Notes: generated from the sequence alone by a model not told the origin. A DNA stretch of 64,000 nucleotides from Paraspadella gotoi (GCA_051294375.1 CM119268.1:3041737-3105736); one strand, 5' to 3'; positions 26,139-37,706 are shown, counted from the first letter of the stretch. Numbers and translations are program-made.

Positions 26139-29100
26139 TCAGTTGTCGTTGTTGTTGTTATTTTCGTTTTGATTTCTTTTGAGCATCTCCTTCAACACAA
26201 CCGCGTATGTTGGCCGATTATATGGTTTATTTGAGAAGTTCCTTGGAGTCGGCCTTGAGAAACGACACGTTGGCTCAAGATTTTTCGTTTCGAGATTGTT
26301 GTTGTTGTTGTTTCCTTCTTTTCCCTTTGGCGGCGGAGTCGTCTCGCGTGGAGGCTCGGGAGAATGGGAAGTTGTAAGGAAAACGCGTTGAGGCGATGCA
26401 GGTGGGTCGGGGAGAGGGTGAGGTTGATTGGGGTAAATGTGGAAGGTCGTCGGAGGAGGGGGAGGAGGAGGAGGAGGAGGAGGATGAGTCGAAGCGGCGC
26501 GTAAAGTGGTCGAGCGAGTAATTCTCGTTGTCGGAGCCGGTTGTCTTGTCCTGGGGCCCGGGCGACGACCCGGTGGCCTCCTCTGGTGTGGCTCGGAAGT
26601 GTCGAACTGCTCGTCGTCGTCGCTGATCCACGCCGGTTTGACGCGGGCGACGTTAACCGTTTCGCGGCCGCTACTCGGGATATCGACAGTGAGATTTAGT
26701 CCATTTCTCTTCACTACGCGATATGGACCTTCGTAAGGGGCTATGAGAGTAGGTTGAACGCCTGCCCGTCTTATGAAGACATACTTGGCGGTGTCGAGGT
26801 TTGTTGGAAGGTGGACGGCAGGTTGGCGATGGGCAGACGTCGGCGTTGGTTGGAGGCGGGCGACCTCCAATCGAAGTTTTGATAGCTGATTTCTTCGTTG
26901 CCTATTTAGTTCATCATCGCCTATTTGGGCGTCGCCTAGCATGGCGCCGGGCACGCCGATTCCTTCGCCAAATACGAGATCCGCTGCCGAGGCTCCTATA
27001 TCTTCCTTGACTGTGGTTCTTATCGCTAATAACGTAAGAGGAAGTTTCCAGAACCATTTTTCGTTTTCGTTTTTTGCTAAGGCCCGTAACGATTCCTTTA
27101 GACGCCTATGAAACCTCTCCACTAGGCCATTAGCTTGTGGGTGGTAGGCTGTCGTTGTTTGTATTTTGATTCCCCATTGTTTAGTGAGTTGACGCCATAA
27201 GTTCGAGGTAAATTGACTACCTCTATCTGTGGTGATAATAGATGGCGTACCGAATGTACTGATCCAGTTGAAACTCAACGCGTCGATTATTGTATGAGTC
27301 AATGTATCTTGTATCGGGATGGCAGATGGCCATCTCGAGAATCTGTCAACTATGGTAAGTAGATGAGAATAGCCATTAGATTTGGGCATCTTAACAAGAT
27401 CGATGTTGAGATGCTGAAACCGGCGAGCAGGGATTTTAAAATCGCCGATCTCAGGGATTGTATGTTTTGTAATTTTTGCTCGTTGGCAGTCTAGACAGTT
27501 TCGAGCCCATTTTGACACATCCTGTCTCATACTTGTCCAGACAAATTTAGATGCCACTGCCTTACGCGTTGCTTCTACTCCCGGATGGCCTAAACCGTGG
27601 ATCGTATCAAAAACTTTTCGTCTCCATGATGCCGGTACAAATGGTCTGGCTGGACCGTTTGATATATCCGCAAGAAGCTCCTGGTCGCCTACTCTGATTT
27701 TTCTAAAAGTCAATCCCGTTCGAGCGTCTTCAGCGATCCGTTGGAAATCGGGATCGAGCGCCTGCTCTCGGGCCATCTGCTCGAAATCGATTTCGAAGCT
27801 TGTGAGAGAGGCGATGACGGCGTTAACGTCCTCGAGGCGATTCGTTTTGATTGGTCGTTCTGATTTCTCTTTGACTTGTGATTCTCCCGTTGGAGAATTT
27901 GCGGATGAAGTTGGAGAATTGGTTTTGGACGCTGTCTCTTGGCCGATCGCCTCGGTTGAGTTTATTTCGCTCGATTGAGTCGTCGACGTCGCGATTTGTT
28001 CGGTAGATGTTGTTTGGCCTATCGACGTGACTGGGATTGTTTCTTCTACGAGAGCTGGTGGCGTAACTGGCGCAGATGACGCAGTATTTGTCGTTTGACT
28101 TGTCGGTCTGGCCGAGAGAGATTTTTTTGACGAGTCGATTTTGTCGGTAGGTGCCGTTTGGCTTGGCGGTGGAGCATTTGGGCGAGATAACGCATCCGCT
28201 ACTACGTTCGCCTTACCTTTAAGGTATCGAACGTCTGTAGTGAATTCTGCTATAGCGGATAGCTGGTAAGACTGTCTAACAGTTTGTGGTTCAGTTTTTT
28301 TTCTTATGGCCGATACTAAAGACTGATGATCAGTGTATAGCGTAAAAGATCTACCTTCCACCCAGTGGCGGAAGTGTCTTACTGCCCTGAATGCGCCAAA
28401 CAGCTCGCGATCAAAAGGGGGCCACAATTTTTGATTCTTCGCTAGTTTTGCTGAGAAGAATGCCAATGGCTCCCAGCCCTTTGGCCCTCGCTGCTCGAGA
28501 ACAGCTCCCACCGCGTGGTCCGAAGCATCCGTCATTATACATAACTGGGCTCCCGTGCGTGGATGGTGGAGCAATGCTGCGGATATTAATCCTTCCTTGA
28601 TGGATTCGAACGCACGTTGACAATCCTCTGTCCATGTTAAGGCCTTTGGTTTGCCACTTAAGGCTTCGTAGAGGGGAGAACAACGATGGGCAACTCGAGG
28701 GATAAATCTTCTGTAGTAATTTATCATGCCCAAGAATCGTTGTAACTCCTTTATCGAAGTTGGGCGTGTGGTTTCCTGGAGCGTTTGGACTCTCTCTGGT
28801 AGGGGTCGGACTCCGTTCTTGTCGACTAGAAAGCCGAGGAACTCCAACGACTCCTGCCCTAAGAGACATTTTTTGGTATTAACTACCAGTCCGTTTTCGT
28901 CGAGGGCCTTGAAAACACGTTCTAGGTCCTGGAGATGCTCCTCGGGTGACGTTGATGCGACGAGGATATCATCGAGATACACGAAAGTGTGGGGAATATC
29001 CCCCAGTATCTCGTCCATCAGTCGCTGGAAGTCCTGTCCAGCGTTCTTTAGCCCGAATGGGCATCGCGGGAAAACGTATAATCCAAACGGCGTTATTACA

Positions 29101-30029
29101 GCCGTCTTTTTCACGTCTTCTGGATTAACTGGTATCTGATGGTAGCCTTTTAACAAGTCGATCTTCGAAAAGATCGTCTTGCCTTGAAGCTGAGAGTTGA
29201 AATCAGATAAAAGCTTCACTGGATATCGGTCATCGATAGTCTGAGCATTCAATCTGCGGTAATCCCCGCAGCATCTCCATCCCCCGTCGGGTTTGGAGAC
29301 GACATGCAGCGGGGAAGACCATTCAGATTTTCCTCTTTTGGCTACCCCTAGGGATACCATTTTTTCCAACTCTCGCTTGGCTACAGCCAGCTTCTCCGGA
29401 TCAAGGCGACGAGCTCTTGATTGACATGGGCGCCCCTCAGTTGGAATCGAGTGGGTCACGCCATGTTTGGGTTCCTTTACCTCAAAGGTAGGTGTCGAGA
29501 GTGAGGGGAACGATTCCAATAGCTTGTAAAATTTTTCTCCCTTCCGGTCTACAAAACTGACGTGAGCTGTTGTTTCTTTCGAAGTGGAGGCTGCAATCGT
29601 CGAGTAGTCCGTCAGGTCGATGAGGAGGCCATCTCGGTGGTTGGGTGCCAGGAAGTTTTCGGCCAAGAAATCGGCCCCGAGGATGTACTGCTTAACGTCC
29701 GCCACGACGAAGCTGTACTCAAACTTCCTGTTCCCTAACTGCACCGTTCTGTCCACCGTTCCGTAGCATGCTATAGACGAGCCGTTAGCTGCTTGTAGCT
29801 TCATGTTTGGATCTGGTCCACGGTCTCGTTGTCGTTTGGTTGGTGGAATTATTGAGAGCAAAGCTCCTCCGTCTACAAGCCATCGTGTGCGATCCCCGGC
29901 GTCCCGTATGTAAATGAGGTCATTTGACGCCGGTGATTGATCTGAGCTCTGGGGGACGGCGTTCACCGTCGACGGCCCCCTTTGGAGTTTCCCTCTTTTT
30001 TCCGTTGGACTTCGTCGAATCTTGCACAT
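26139..30029 (-). CDS. pol: Pol polyprotein (protease, reverse transcriptase, RNase H, integrase)
   Basis: LVDGGA protease-like motif, RT YLDD and PFGLKNAG, RNase H TDASD..DRELF..TDH..ADALSR, integrase HGLGH..CLDC and IDLV..TTDRGSQF..ERFHR, GPY/F motif. Probably expressed by frameshift from gag. Confidence 0.97.
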   Translation of the reverse strand: MCKIRRSPTEKRGKLQRGPSTVNAVPQSSDQSPASNDLIYIRDAGDRTRWLVDGGALLSIIPPTKRQRDRGPDPNMKLQAANGSSIACYGTVDRTVQLGNRKFEYSFVVADVKQYILGADFLAENFLAPNHRDGLLIDLTDYSTIAASTSKETTAHVSFVDRKGEKFYKLLESFPSLSTPTFEVKEPKHGVTHSIPTEGRPCQSRARRLDPEKLAVAKRELEKMVSLGVAKRGKSEWSSPLHVVSKPDGGWRCCGDYRRLNAQTIDDRYPVKLLSDFNSQLQGKTIFSKIDLLKGYHQIPVNPEDVKKTAVITPFGLYVFPRCPFGLKNAGQDFQRLMDEILGDIPHTFVYLDDILVASTSPEEHLQDLERVFKALDENGLVVNTKKCLLGQESLEFLGFLVDKNGVRPLPERVQTLQETTRPTSIKELQRFLGMINYYRRFIPRVAHRCSPLYEALSGKPKALTWTEDCQRAFESIKEGLISAALLHHPRTGAQLCIMTDASDHAVGAVLEQRGPKGWEPLAFFSAKLAKNQKLWPPFDRELFGAFRAVRHFRHWVEGRSFTLYTDHQSLVSAIRKKTEPQTVRQSYQLSAIAEFTTDVRYLKGKANVVADALSRPNAPPPSQTAPTDKIDSSKKSLSARPTSQTTNTASSAPVTPPALVEETIPVTSIGQTTSTEQIATSTTQSSEINSTEAIGQETASKTNSPTSSANSPTGESQVKEKSERPIKTNRLEDVNAVIASLTSFEIDFEQMAREQALDPDFQRIAEDARTGLTFRKIRVGDQELLADISNGPARPFVPASWRRKVFDTIHGLGHPGVEATRKAVASKFVWTSMRQDVSKWARNCLDCQRAKITKHTIPEIGDFKIPARRFQHLNIDLVKMPKSNGYSHLLTIVDRFSRWPSAIPIQDTLTHTIIDALSFNWISTFGTPSIITTDRGSQFTSNLWRQLTKQWGIKIQTTTAYHPQANGLVERFHRRLKESLRALAKNENEKWFWKLPLTLLAIRTTVKEDIGASAADLVFGEGIGVPGAMLGDAQIGDDELNRQRRNQLSKLRLEVARLQPTPTSAHRQPAVHLPTNLDTAKYVFIRRAGVQPTLIAPYEGPYRVVKRNGLNLTVDIPSSGRETVNVARVKPAWISDDDEQFDTSEPHQRRPPGRRPGPRTRQPAPTTRITRSTTLRAASTHPPPPPPPPPPPTTFHIYPNQPHPLPDPPASPQRVFLTTSHSPEPPRETTPPPKGKEGNNNNNNLETKNLEPTCRFSRPTPRNFSNKPYNRPTYAVVLKEMLKRNQNENNNNNDN

Positions 30030-30844
30030 CCGGGGTCACAAGACCATGCTTCATTGCCGAATTTGATGTGCTTTGAGCATAGAGTAGTGAGCTTAGCCTT
30101 GTTCTTACTTTTTTGAGCTGGAACTGGGCGTCGTCTACTGTTGGCGTTTTTCTTATGACGGCCGTCAATGGCGTTAATTGCTTCGTCGGTTTCTGAATCG
30201 CTGTCGAATTGATCGCGATGCTCTTTGCCGACGTTACTAACCAGAGATGACGATTGTTTTATCTTAAGGTTTCCGTCGTTGTCGAAATGCCTATCGGCCA
30301 ATTCGCAAAGTTCGTGGGCGGTTAAGTCGTCGGCCTTATCCTCTAGCTGCCTTCGGATTTCCAAAGGCATCTCTCTGAGGATTTTCTCCTTCCTGACGTC
30401 GTCTAAGCTGAGAGTCTTAGTTTTCTCCTCTAATTGAGCGAGCATTTTGGATGGCTTAACTGCGTCGACGTCGAGGGCGTCGAGGAGATTCGCCGCCTGT
30501 TGGCGACGCGTAAGGCCGTATTCTTGACGGAGGTACGCTATAAATTGTCTCCATGATTCTTCTGTCGCTTCCCCGAAGAGGTATTTGTTTATAGTCGGGT
30601 CGACGTTGATCGCTATCTTGGATTCAAGATGTGCGAATTTGTTTCGAGGCGCTGTGATGCCGGCTCGCGTGTAGGCGGCCTCCACCCGCTTGATCCATAT
30701 CTCGATGTTGCTCACATCGAAATCTGGTAGATCCGGTTTGCGGTTGGAGGCGCGTTCGAGGGCGCGAGTGGCGGCGGCGAGAGCGGCGCGGAGTTCCGCG
30801 TTTTCGTCCTGGAGATCTCGTGGAGCGGCGCCGGGCGTCGCCAT
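29963..30844 (-). CDS. gag: Gag protein with CHCC knuckle
   Basis: 293-aa ATG ORF upstream of pol; C-x2-H-x9-C-x3-C motif (CSKHIKFGNEAWSCDPGC), characteristic of the CsRN1 clade. Confidence 0.92.
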   Translation of the reverse strand: MATPGAAPRDLQDENAELRAALAAATRALERASNRKPDLPDFDVSNIEIWIKRVEAAYTRAGITAPRNKFAHLESKIAINVDPTINKYLFGEATEESWRQFIAYLRQEYGLTRRQQAANLLDALDVDAVKPSKMLAQLEEKTKTLSLDDVRKEKILREMPLEIRRQLEDKADDLTAHELCELADRHFDNDGNLKIKQSSSLVSNVGKEHRDQFDSDSETDEAINAIDGRHKKNANSRRRPVPAQKSKNKAKLTTLCSKHIKFGNEAWSCDPGCARFDEVQRKKEGNSKGGRRR

Positions 30845-31200
30845 GTCGTTGTTTCGGTCGTTGGCCGACTGGAAATAGAATTCCGTGGCGGCGTCGGTAA
30901 ACGCCGGCGAAGTCGATCGGGATCGATGGCCTCTGCCGAAACCGCAAGGGGGTTGAAGCCTGGCGGCGGCGTCGGCGTCCCTGTGAGCGGAGCGTAGGCG
31001 AGAACGCGGATCTGAGCCCGCTATCGGAATTTTCCTTTTGTCTCCGTCGTGTTGCGAGTAGTGTGGGGATTGAGGGGAGTGGAAAAAACGAGCGTGAGCG
31101 GATTGGGCGATTTAGCTTAATCCGAAATTCCTTCTCCCAATCTTACCTCAGAAAAGGTAGCTTGTCGTTGCAATCCCCGCTTGGAAGGCCGGTTTCGTTC

Positions 31201-31216
31201 GTCGTCGAGTTCACCA
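31201..31216 (-). other. Primer-binding site, tRNA-Trp-like
   Basis: TGGTGAACTCGACGAC two bases inside the 5' LTR; differs at 2 of the first 14 nt from the tRNA-Trp PBS TGGTGACCCCGACG. Confidence 0.7.
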
Positions 31217-31218
31217 TG

Positions 31219-31663
31219 TGTGGCGCGGACCCGGAGGCCAGCCACAGCGTGGGACGAAAGGCCGTGACCACTGGAGTTTCACGTGACTAAGTGGAGACGT
31301 TAATGAGAGTTATCATTAATGTTGTTAGCGCAGGGAAAACGGGAACGTCATTGATTTGTTTTGTTTTTGATTTGTTTAAAACATAGATGAATTTTATTAC
31401 ATCAATTTTAAATGTCCTGATTTCATTAGATGATCAAAAAGAACAATTGAGATAAAAATATTTGTTGAATTGTATTCTCTTAATAATAACCAGAACAAGA
31501 CTGAATATTTTCAGTTTAACATTTTAAAAGTTAACTGTCAAAAACAAATGCAATTAACTGATGAGACATCTTCAGTTGTGAAACATAACTTGATGAAAAA
31601 CAATATTGATCCCTGGGCGGATGGTTTAATCCTAAATGATTAAATCCTATCTGAACGGCCACA
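31219..31663 (-). repeat. 5' LTR
   Basis: Direct repeat of 25436-25880 differing mainly by small indels. Confidence 0.96.
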
Positions 31664-31871
31664 TACGTTCATGGAGACAGTACCTTAGGTCTCCGAGTAC
31701 CAAACAACTATAGCTTAAAGATTATGAATCAAATATGGCGACGAGTGAAATAAAAATGATCATAAGTAGGGTGGGAAGCAAATTAAGCGTGATCTGTCTC
31801 TGCGTCATACATATATATTACAAAATTTTTACAATACTTTTCAGTCTATAGTATAATTTTAAAACAATTAA

Positions 31872-32167
31872 CAAGGTGTCGTCAATCAGATTTTGCGTTA
31901 GACCCATGCACAATTGAGCGGAAGTTGGCGTAGACTACAACATGGAATTCTTTTTTTACCACAACTGAAAAGTTAATAAAATGTTTTTTCTAAAACTATT
32001 TATTTTTCCTAAGGGACTTTTAACTTAAACTGTTAATATTTTGAAATTTCATCCCTAGTCAAAGCAAAATCATTTTAGAATTCTACATTGATCTATTATT
32101 AATTTATTTATTGTTATAAAGCTTGGTATAAGATAAGCAAGTTTTAAATTAGAGTCGTCTCAATTTC

Positions 32168-32215
<48 letters not shown>

Positions 32216-34200
32216 TTCTTGCTTAGTGCCTCGCTCTCCCTCGATAAGTCTCTCTTAGTCTCTCAACGATTGAACAATGAACATTGTCTGTCAATAACTA
32301 TTGTGAAATAAATGTATTCATGTGCCTCTACATAACTAGTGTATCAAGATAGATTCAGATTATCAAAAACGTTCACACATATTTATACTTTAATTTAAAA
32401 CCCCTTTTATTCGATTTGAAATTCTCAACATGAGAGATCCCGGTCGATTTTTATCTGGCTCCTAAATTATGCAAATTAGCTTACGATCGAATTTGTCAGA
32501 TAACGATGACGCTCTTTATTCGCGTAATTTTAAACGTATAATAATATAATAATAATATAATAATAATATAATAATAATAATATAATAAATAATTAAATAA
32601 TATAGTTTTTATAATATATTTCTTATATAAATAAATAAATAAATTCTTATATAAATAAGACAAAATAGCATTTAAACGAGAGCTTGAATGCTTCTTTTTC
32701 CTACCAAAATGAGGAATTCAAAGAGATTTTTGCATAAAATAAATTGTATAATTCATTCGTTTAAGTTACCATTATACGTGCTTTAATAAATAGGTAATTA
32801 TGGAAAAACTAGATAACTAAGATCAAAATAACCAATAAAAGTAAAATATTTAAAAAAATAATAATAATAATATTAATATTATCAAAAATATAAAATAATA
32901 TTATTATAACTATAATTAATAAAAAAAATCTATTTTAAAAATTACTGCAAAGAAAGAATTTAAATTGTTTAAAATTATTAATGAATATTTTTTTATAGCC
33001 AAATAGATATTTTTAAAGTAATTTTTAGTCAACTCTTCTCAACAGGACATTTTGGTTTTATTCTTTTGGTTTCGTTGCGTAATTAGTATTAAAAGAAAAA
33101 AAAAATTTCTGAAACAAAACAAAAACTTTCTTTTTTAAAACAGGAAATTTTAAATTTTTAGAACACAAGCTTGGAAAGCAGGGCAATTTTAGTGATTAGT
33201 CTAATCTTACTCCATATACTCATAATAACAGACTTTTACATAAAACTGGTAATCATAATATTTGTGAAATATTTTTCTCTTAAACGAAACAAAAATTAAA
33301 TAAAATTCTAAAAGTTAAAAGCTCAAAACTGAAAGCTAAATGTCAATCATTTGATAAATTCTTAGTATATACATAATTACATATAGATAAGTGAAAAGGA
33401 TCCATTCAATATCAGAATAAATGATAGAAGTATATTATGTTGATCAAAAATTCGCGAATATCCGCCAGGTTCGCTAGTATCTTTTGTTCTTTTTGACCGG
33501 CTTGACCGGTCTTTAACATTAAAAAGATACGAAATGACGTATTCGATCTCGGGATCTCTCATGTTCGATGCATTAAAGTTAAATATTTTTATACGAAAAT
33601 TATTTATTTTTACGTCTGATTAAGTGTGCGAACGTTTTTTTTTTATGAAACTCGATGTCTGTATATTTCTAACTTTTGGGACTAACATAAATGGTGAGGC
33701 CGACGAGAATTCCTTTAAATCCTTCTGAAACGAAATGGAAAAGATGATGGAACTTTTTTCTACTTTCGTTTGACTCCTTGACGTCATCCAAAACGATCTT
33801 GACGCCGGCGTTTCGAAAATCGTCAAAGACGCGACGGGATCAAAATGTATTCCTTTTTTTCTAACAACGGAATCAGGGAATTCGAATTTAACCTAAAAGT
33901 GTCCAAAAAAAAAAAGGAGAAAAGAATCATTATCAATGCATCAAAAAGTTAATCAGATTTATAATTTGCTTTCTTTTTCCTTAAAAAAATTTTTAGTCCA
34001 TGTTATGAACCATTTTTTAAAAAACATTTTAAAGTAAAACTTATTAAATAATGAGACTAATTGTAAGATAAGTTAATAGTCTTATAAAAATACTACTTAC
34101 TTAAATATTAAGTTTTAAGAAAAATTCCGTGTTGTAGTCAAAGTCAAGTTCCGGTCAATTGTGGTTAGCTCTAACGCAAAATCTGATTGAGGACACCTTG
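31872..34200. mobile_element. Degenerate long-inverted-repeat (foldback) element
   Basis: CAAGGTGTCGTCAATCAGATTTTGCGTTAG.. at 31872 mirrors ..CTAACGCAAAATCTGATTGAGGACACCTTG ending 34200; inner match CATGAGAGATCCCG (~32429) / CGGGATCTCTCATG (~33550). True ends may extend further out. Confidence 0.65.
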
Positions 34201-36809
34201 TTAATCGTTATAAGTACTTAAAATTATACTAGAAATTGAAATTGAACAGTATTGTCAAAATTTTCGATTGCATGGTTAAAAAAAAAACTGAGTAATATAT
34301 ACTCTCTCTCTCTCTCTCTTTCATAGAGTAACACTTGATTAACTAAATTCCAACAATTTTCAAACTTCAATCACACCAAGACGTCTTTAAGCGTAAGAAC
34401 TGGCTCGACAGGTCGTGACCTTTTGGAACTTTTTAGCTCACGACGACTTAGCAGCAGTTGCAAGTTAAGTCGAAAGATGGGGGGTTAGAGAGAGAGAGAG
34501 AAAGAGAGAGCGAGAGCCCGGTTTGAAAACAAGAATAGTAAAAAGACCCGATTCCATTGTACGAATAAAAACAATCACGACCAAAAAGAAACGTCAATAA
34601 ATTTACAAGCGCTTTCCCTCATCCGGTCCAAACCCTAATTACTTCTGGGTCATCCAGCCCGTCAACTTACTCTAAAAAAAAAAAAAAAGAAAAAAAGCTA
34701 AAATTGCATAACTAGAGTCAGAAATGCAGCAGCTGCTGATAGCAGCGATCGCTCCCCAGGAAATAAGGTCGGCTCCTCCTCATCGGGGTAATGTCAAGAC
34801 CGTGGCTGCAGCCGTCGCTTCTTCGCCAGTGTCAAGGACGAAGCACTCTGATTGGTCGAGTCGCTCGTCATAGTCAGCTTCTCATTGGTCGAGCTCTCCA
34901 TTCTGGAAAGACTGGGATTTTCGCGACGGGGAATTTGTTCTCGTTTTTTTTTTAATCATCGAGCTTATAAATTTTTTGGAAGGCGATGCGAAAAAAGTAC
35001 GTAGTGCCGTAATTGTGCGATAATTGTACGTTTAAAAGCAATAGCTTACTTTTTATACTCTATACTGGTTCTGAAAAAGAGTTATTGTCTTGGGTTACGG
35101 TAATAAAACTAGGTCAGTCAACTTGTTATAATCTAAATGCCTTGAGAATATGCGATTATATATACTTTTATTAAAAGGACATTCCCTTATTAAATGAAAA
35201 AAAAAATTTTAGATAAAAAAAATTACTAAGCTATATATTACTAGTACTACGTCTCTAATATTTTAAAGTCTAAAATTCTAAAATATTAAAACAAGTAAAT
35301 ACACTTTTAAATCCTACTATAAATTGCTTAATAATCACCGGTGCAGGTGAAACAGGTGAAACAAGTCATTTTGCAATCTTTATTGTTTATAACCAACTCC
35401 GACAAAACAATGACTTATTTTTTCTCGTAAAAATTTTAATCCACTGTTTATGAAAACATCGGTTAGCCAGCGTAATTTTTTTCCCCGTATTTACCAATTG
35501 AAATTCTGTGTGGTAGACTAAAATAGATATATATTAAAACATATAAGCGATTAAGCGAAAAACAACCGAAAAAAACATCTATATCTTTTTACGTAAGTGC
35601 GAAAAAAGTTCTGACAGGGGTGAGGAAAAAAAACATAATATAAAGGAAAAACAAGGCAAGACAAGACAAGACAAGACAAGACGACAAGACAAGACAAGAC
35701 AAGACAAGACAAGACAAGACAAGACAAGACAGTTTTCTTTGACGTCAAACGACGCTGGTGAATATGTACTAAGAGGATTTACAGAAAAAATGTGTCATAA
35801 TTTAGTTAGGATTTAGATGAGTTTAAAAAACAGAGAATTAGTAAGATTAAGAAAAAAAACTTTGGTCAGGTATTTATATATAAGCCCGTCTTCTCATTGG
35901 TTCGATTCCGACGATGATTCATCCAATCAGAGACTCCTCGGTATATTTTACCCGAGTCGCGGATTCCATTTTTTTGGTTCCGATTCCATCTGCGATTATA
36001 TATTTAAATATTTATTTTCATTATGGATAAACAATAAACAACATTCTGCATAAACAAAAAAATAATCGAATTTTGCCATATATTTTGACTTAACTTTTTT
36101 TGTTCATACACTCTATAATGAATAGAAATATTTACATCATCATTCTACATGTGATACGTAGATTAAAAGCAACACAACAAGTGTTGATTTAAGTTTTTTC
36201 GTAAATTTCACAAATTTCCCAGACTCATTTGGAACACTAAGTGTGAGGGCTATCCAGTATCCAATCCTGCAAAGAGGCACAGTGACCCTCTCAGTCACTT
36301 CTCGCGTGTCATTTCTCATAGAAACAAGAATAAAATTTTACCTGTCGGAAAAATAACGTTTCAACGTAATTGATAATTATCATTTATCTTCCTTTCCTTG
36401 ATTGATTGATCCGTTCCTTTAATCACATAATATATAATAACCTCCTTGCTCCACGTCTCGTAGTTTTATTATTCCGATCCAGTCCCCTGTTGTAATCAAA
36501 ACCAAAAATCGCTTTCGAATGTATTTATTCCATCAGGATTCAGGAATATATATATCAAAACCATCATATTAATAACACATAATAACAATATCTCGTATAA
36601 ACATGAAAAAAAGTAAAGTGAGATGTAATTGAAAATTATTATTATTTTACAATCACTAAGAGCGAAGAAGAAGAAGAAAAAAATTAACAAAGGCGGATAT
36701 CGGGTCAAAAATTTACCAATAAAATCATAATTTAATAGTTTTAGGCAAGATTAGTATAAGTAGTATAAGCACAAAGAAGCATTAAAACTGTACCAGCAAA
36801 CCGTCAATA

Positions 36810-37706
36810 TCATTTGTGATAAATCGTCATCTCAAAGTCTGTAACGTGGAGTTTGTGACCTCCTCCTCCGCCCACGTTTCTGACAACCCTGAGGACGTCT
36901 CCCTCAATCGCCTCATCGACGACGGGGTGCGCCTCCTCGCAGACGATCTTCTCCTCTTCCTCGTGCGGCGCCAATCCGCTGCAGGAGTGGGGATTCTCTG
37001 CGACGACGCGGGTGCCGCGGAGAAGGCAGAGAAAGATCTGTTGAAGTTAATAATCAATTATTAAAATTAATCAATTATTAATTTTTGAAATAATTAATTA
37101 TTAAAGTTAATTATTTTGATTGATTAATTGAGTTATGAAAAATTTTTATTGATTATTTTGGATTTATGGACCAAATTCTCAATCCTTTTCAACCATAAAC
37201 CTGTCCTTTCTGGTTACCCCAGCCTTGGTCATTCCATTTCATGGAAAATACAATTTTCTTCAGCCCTGGGCTCTCCACAATAACGTCGAACCATGTCTCA
37301 GGACAAAAGTGAGGTCGTCCGGGTCCACTGTCTGAGAAAAGACAAGTCTTTCATTAATATTGCAATTTATTTTATTTATAACTGAAACTATTAATTATAT
37401 TAAATTCACCGACTAAATCCCTCCTCACGATTCTCTGCACTCGGGGTCGAAAGTCTGCGAAGGCGGGATGAAGGCGGTGAAGGCAAAGAGCCTCGTCGAA
37501 AGTGAGGAAGGAGAAGATGTGGCGAAGGGCTAGGTGAGGCAAAGAGGTTAGGTGGGAAAGAGAAAGGGTGGGGGGGTGGAGGCTGGTAGAGGAAGAGCGC
37601 AGGTTGTAACGGTGGGAGGTTAAGGCTGAGCTGAAAAGTTTAATAAAAAAAGGTTAGGGTCGGAAAAAAGTTCTCTCCCAATACAGACATCTTTAACCCA
37701 CCCCAT
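36810..37706 (-). CDS. F-box protein A (194 aa) with unassigned C-terminal DQGWGN domain
   Basis: Four in-phase GT-AG exons 37702-37706, 37410-37630, 37201-37331, 36810-37037 give an uninterrupted ORF MGSALTS..LTSLPHLALRHIFSFLTFDEALCLHRL (F-box-like)..HFCPETWFD..MKWNDQGWGNQKGQIFL..APH..VVRNVGGGGGHKLHV..*. Confidence 0.85.

Larger units (their letters stand above)
25436..31663 (-). mobile_element. Full-length Ty3/gypsy LTR retrotransposon, CsRN1-like clade
   Basis: Near-identical ~445-bp LTRs with TGTGGC...GCCACA ends, tRNA-Trp-like PBS, PPT, gag and pol ORFs in order PR-RT-RH-IN; flanks TACT/TACG (imperfect 4-bp TSD). Confidence 0.97.
23831..31806. mobile_element. DNA transposon remnant with perfect 27-bp TIRs and 4-bp TSD, hosting the gypsy element
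   Basis: GACGCAGAGACAGATCACGCTTAATTT (23831-23857) and its exact reverse complement (31780-31806); ATAC on both outer flanks. No intact transposase seen. Confidence 0.85.
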
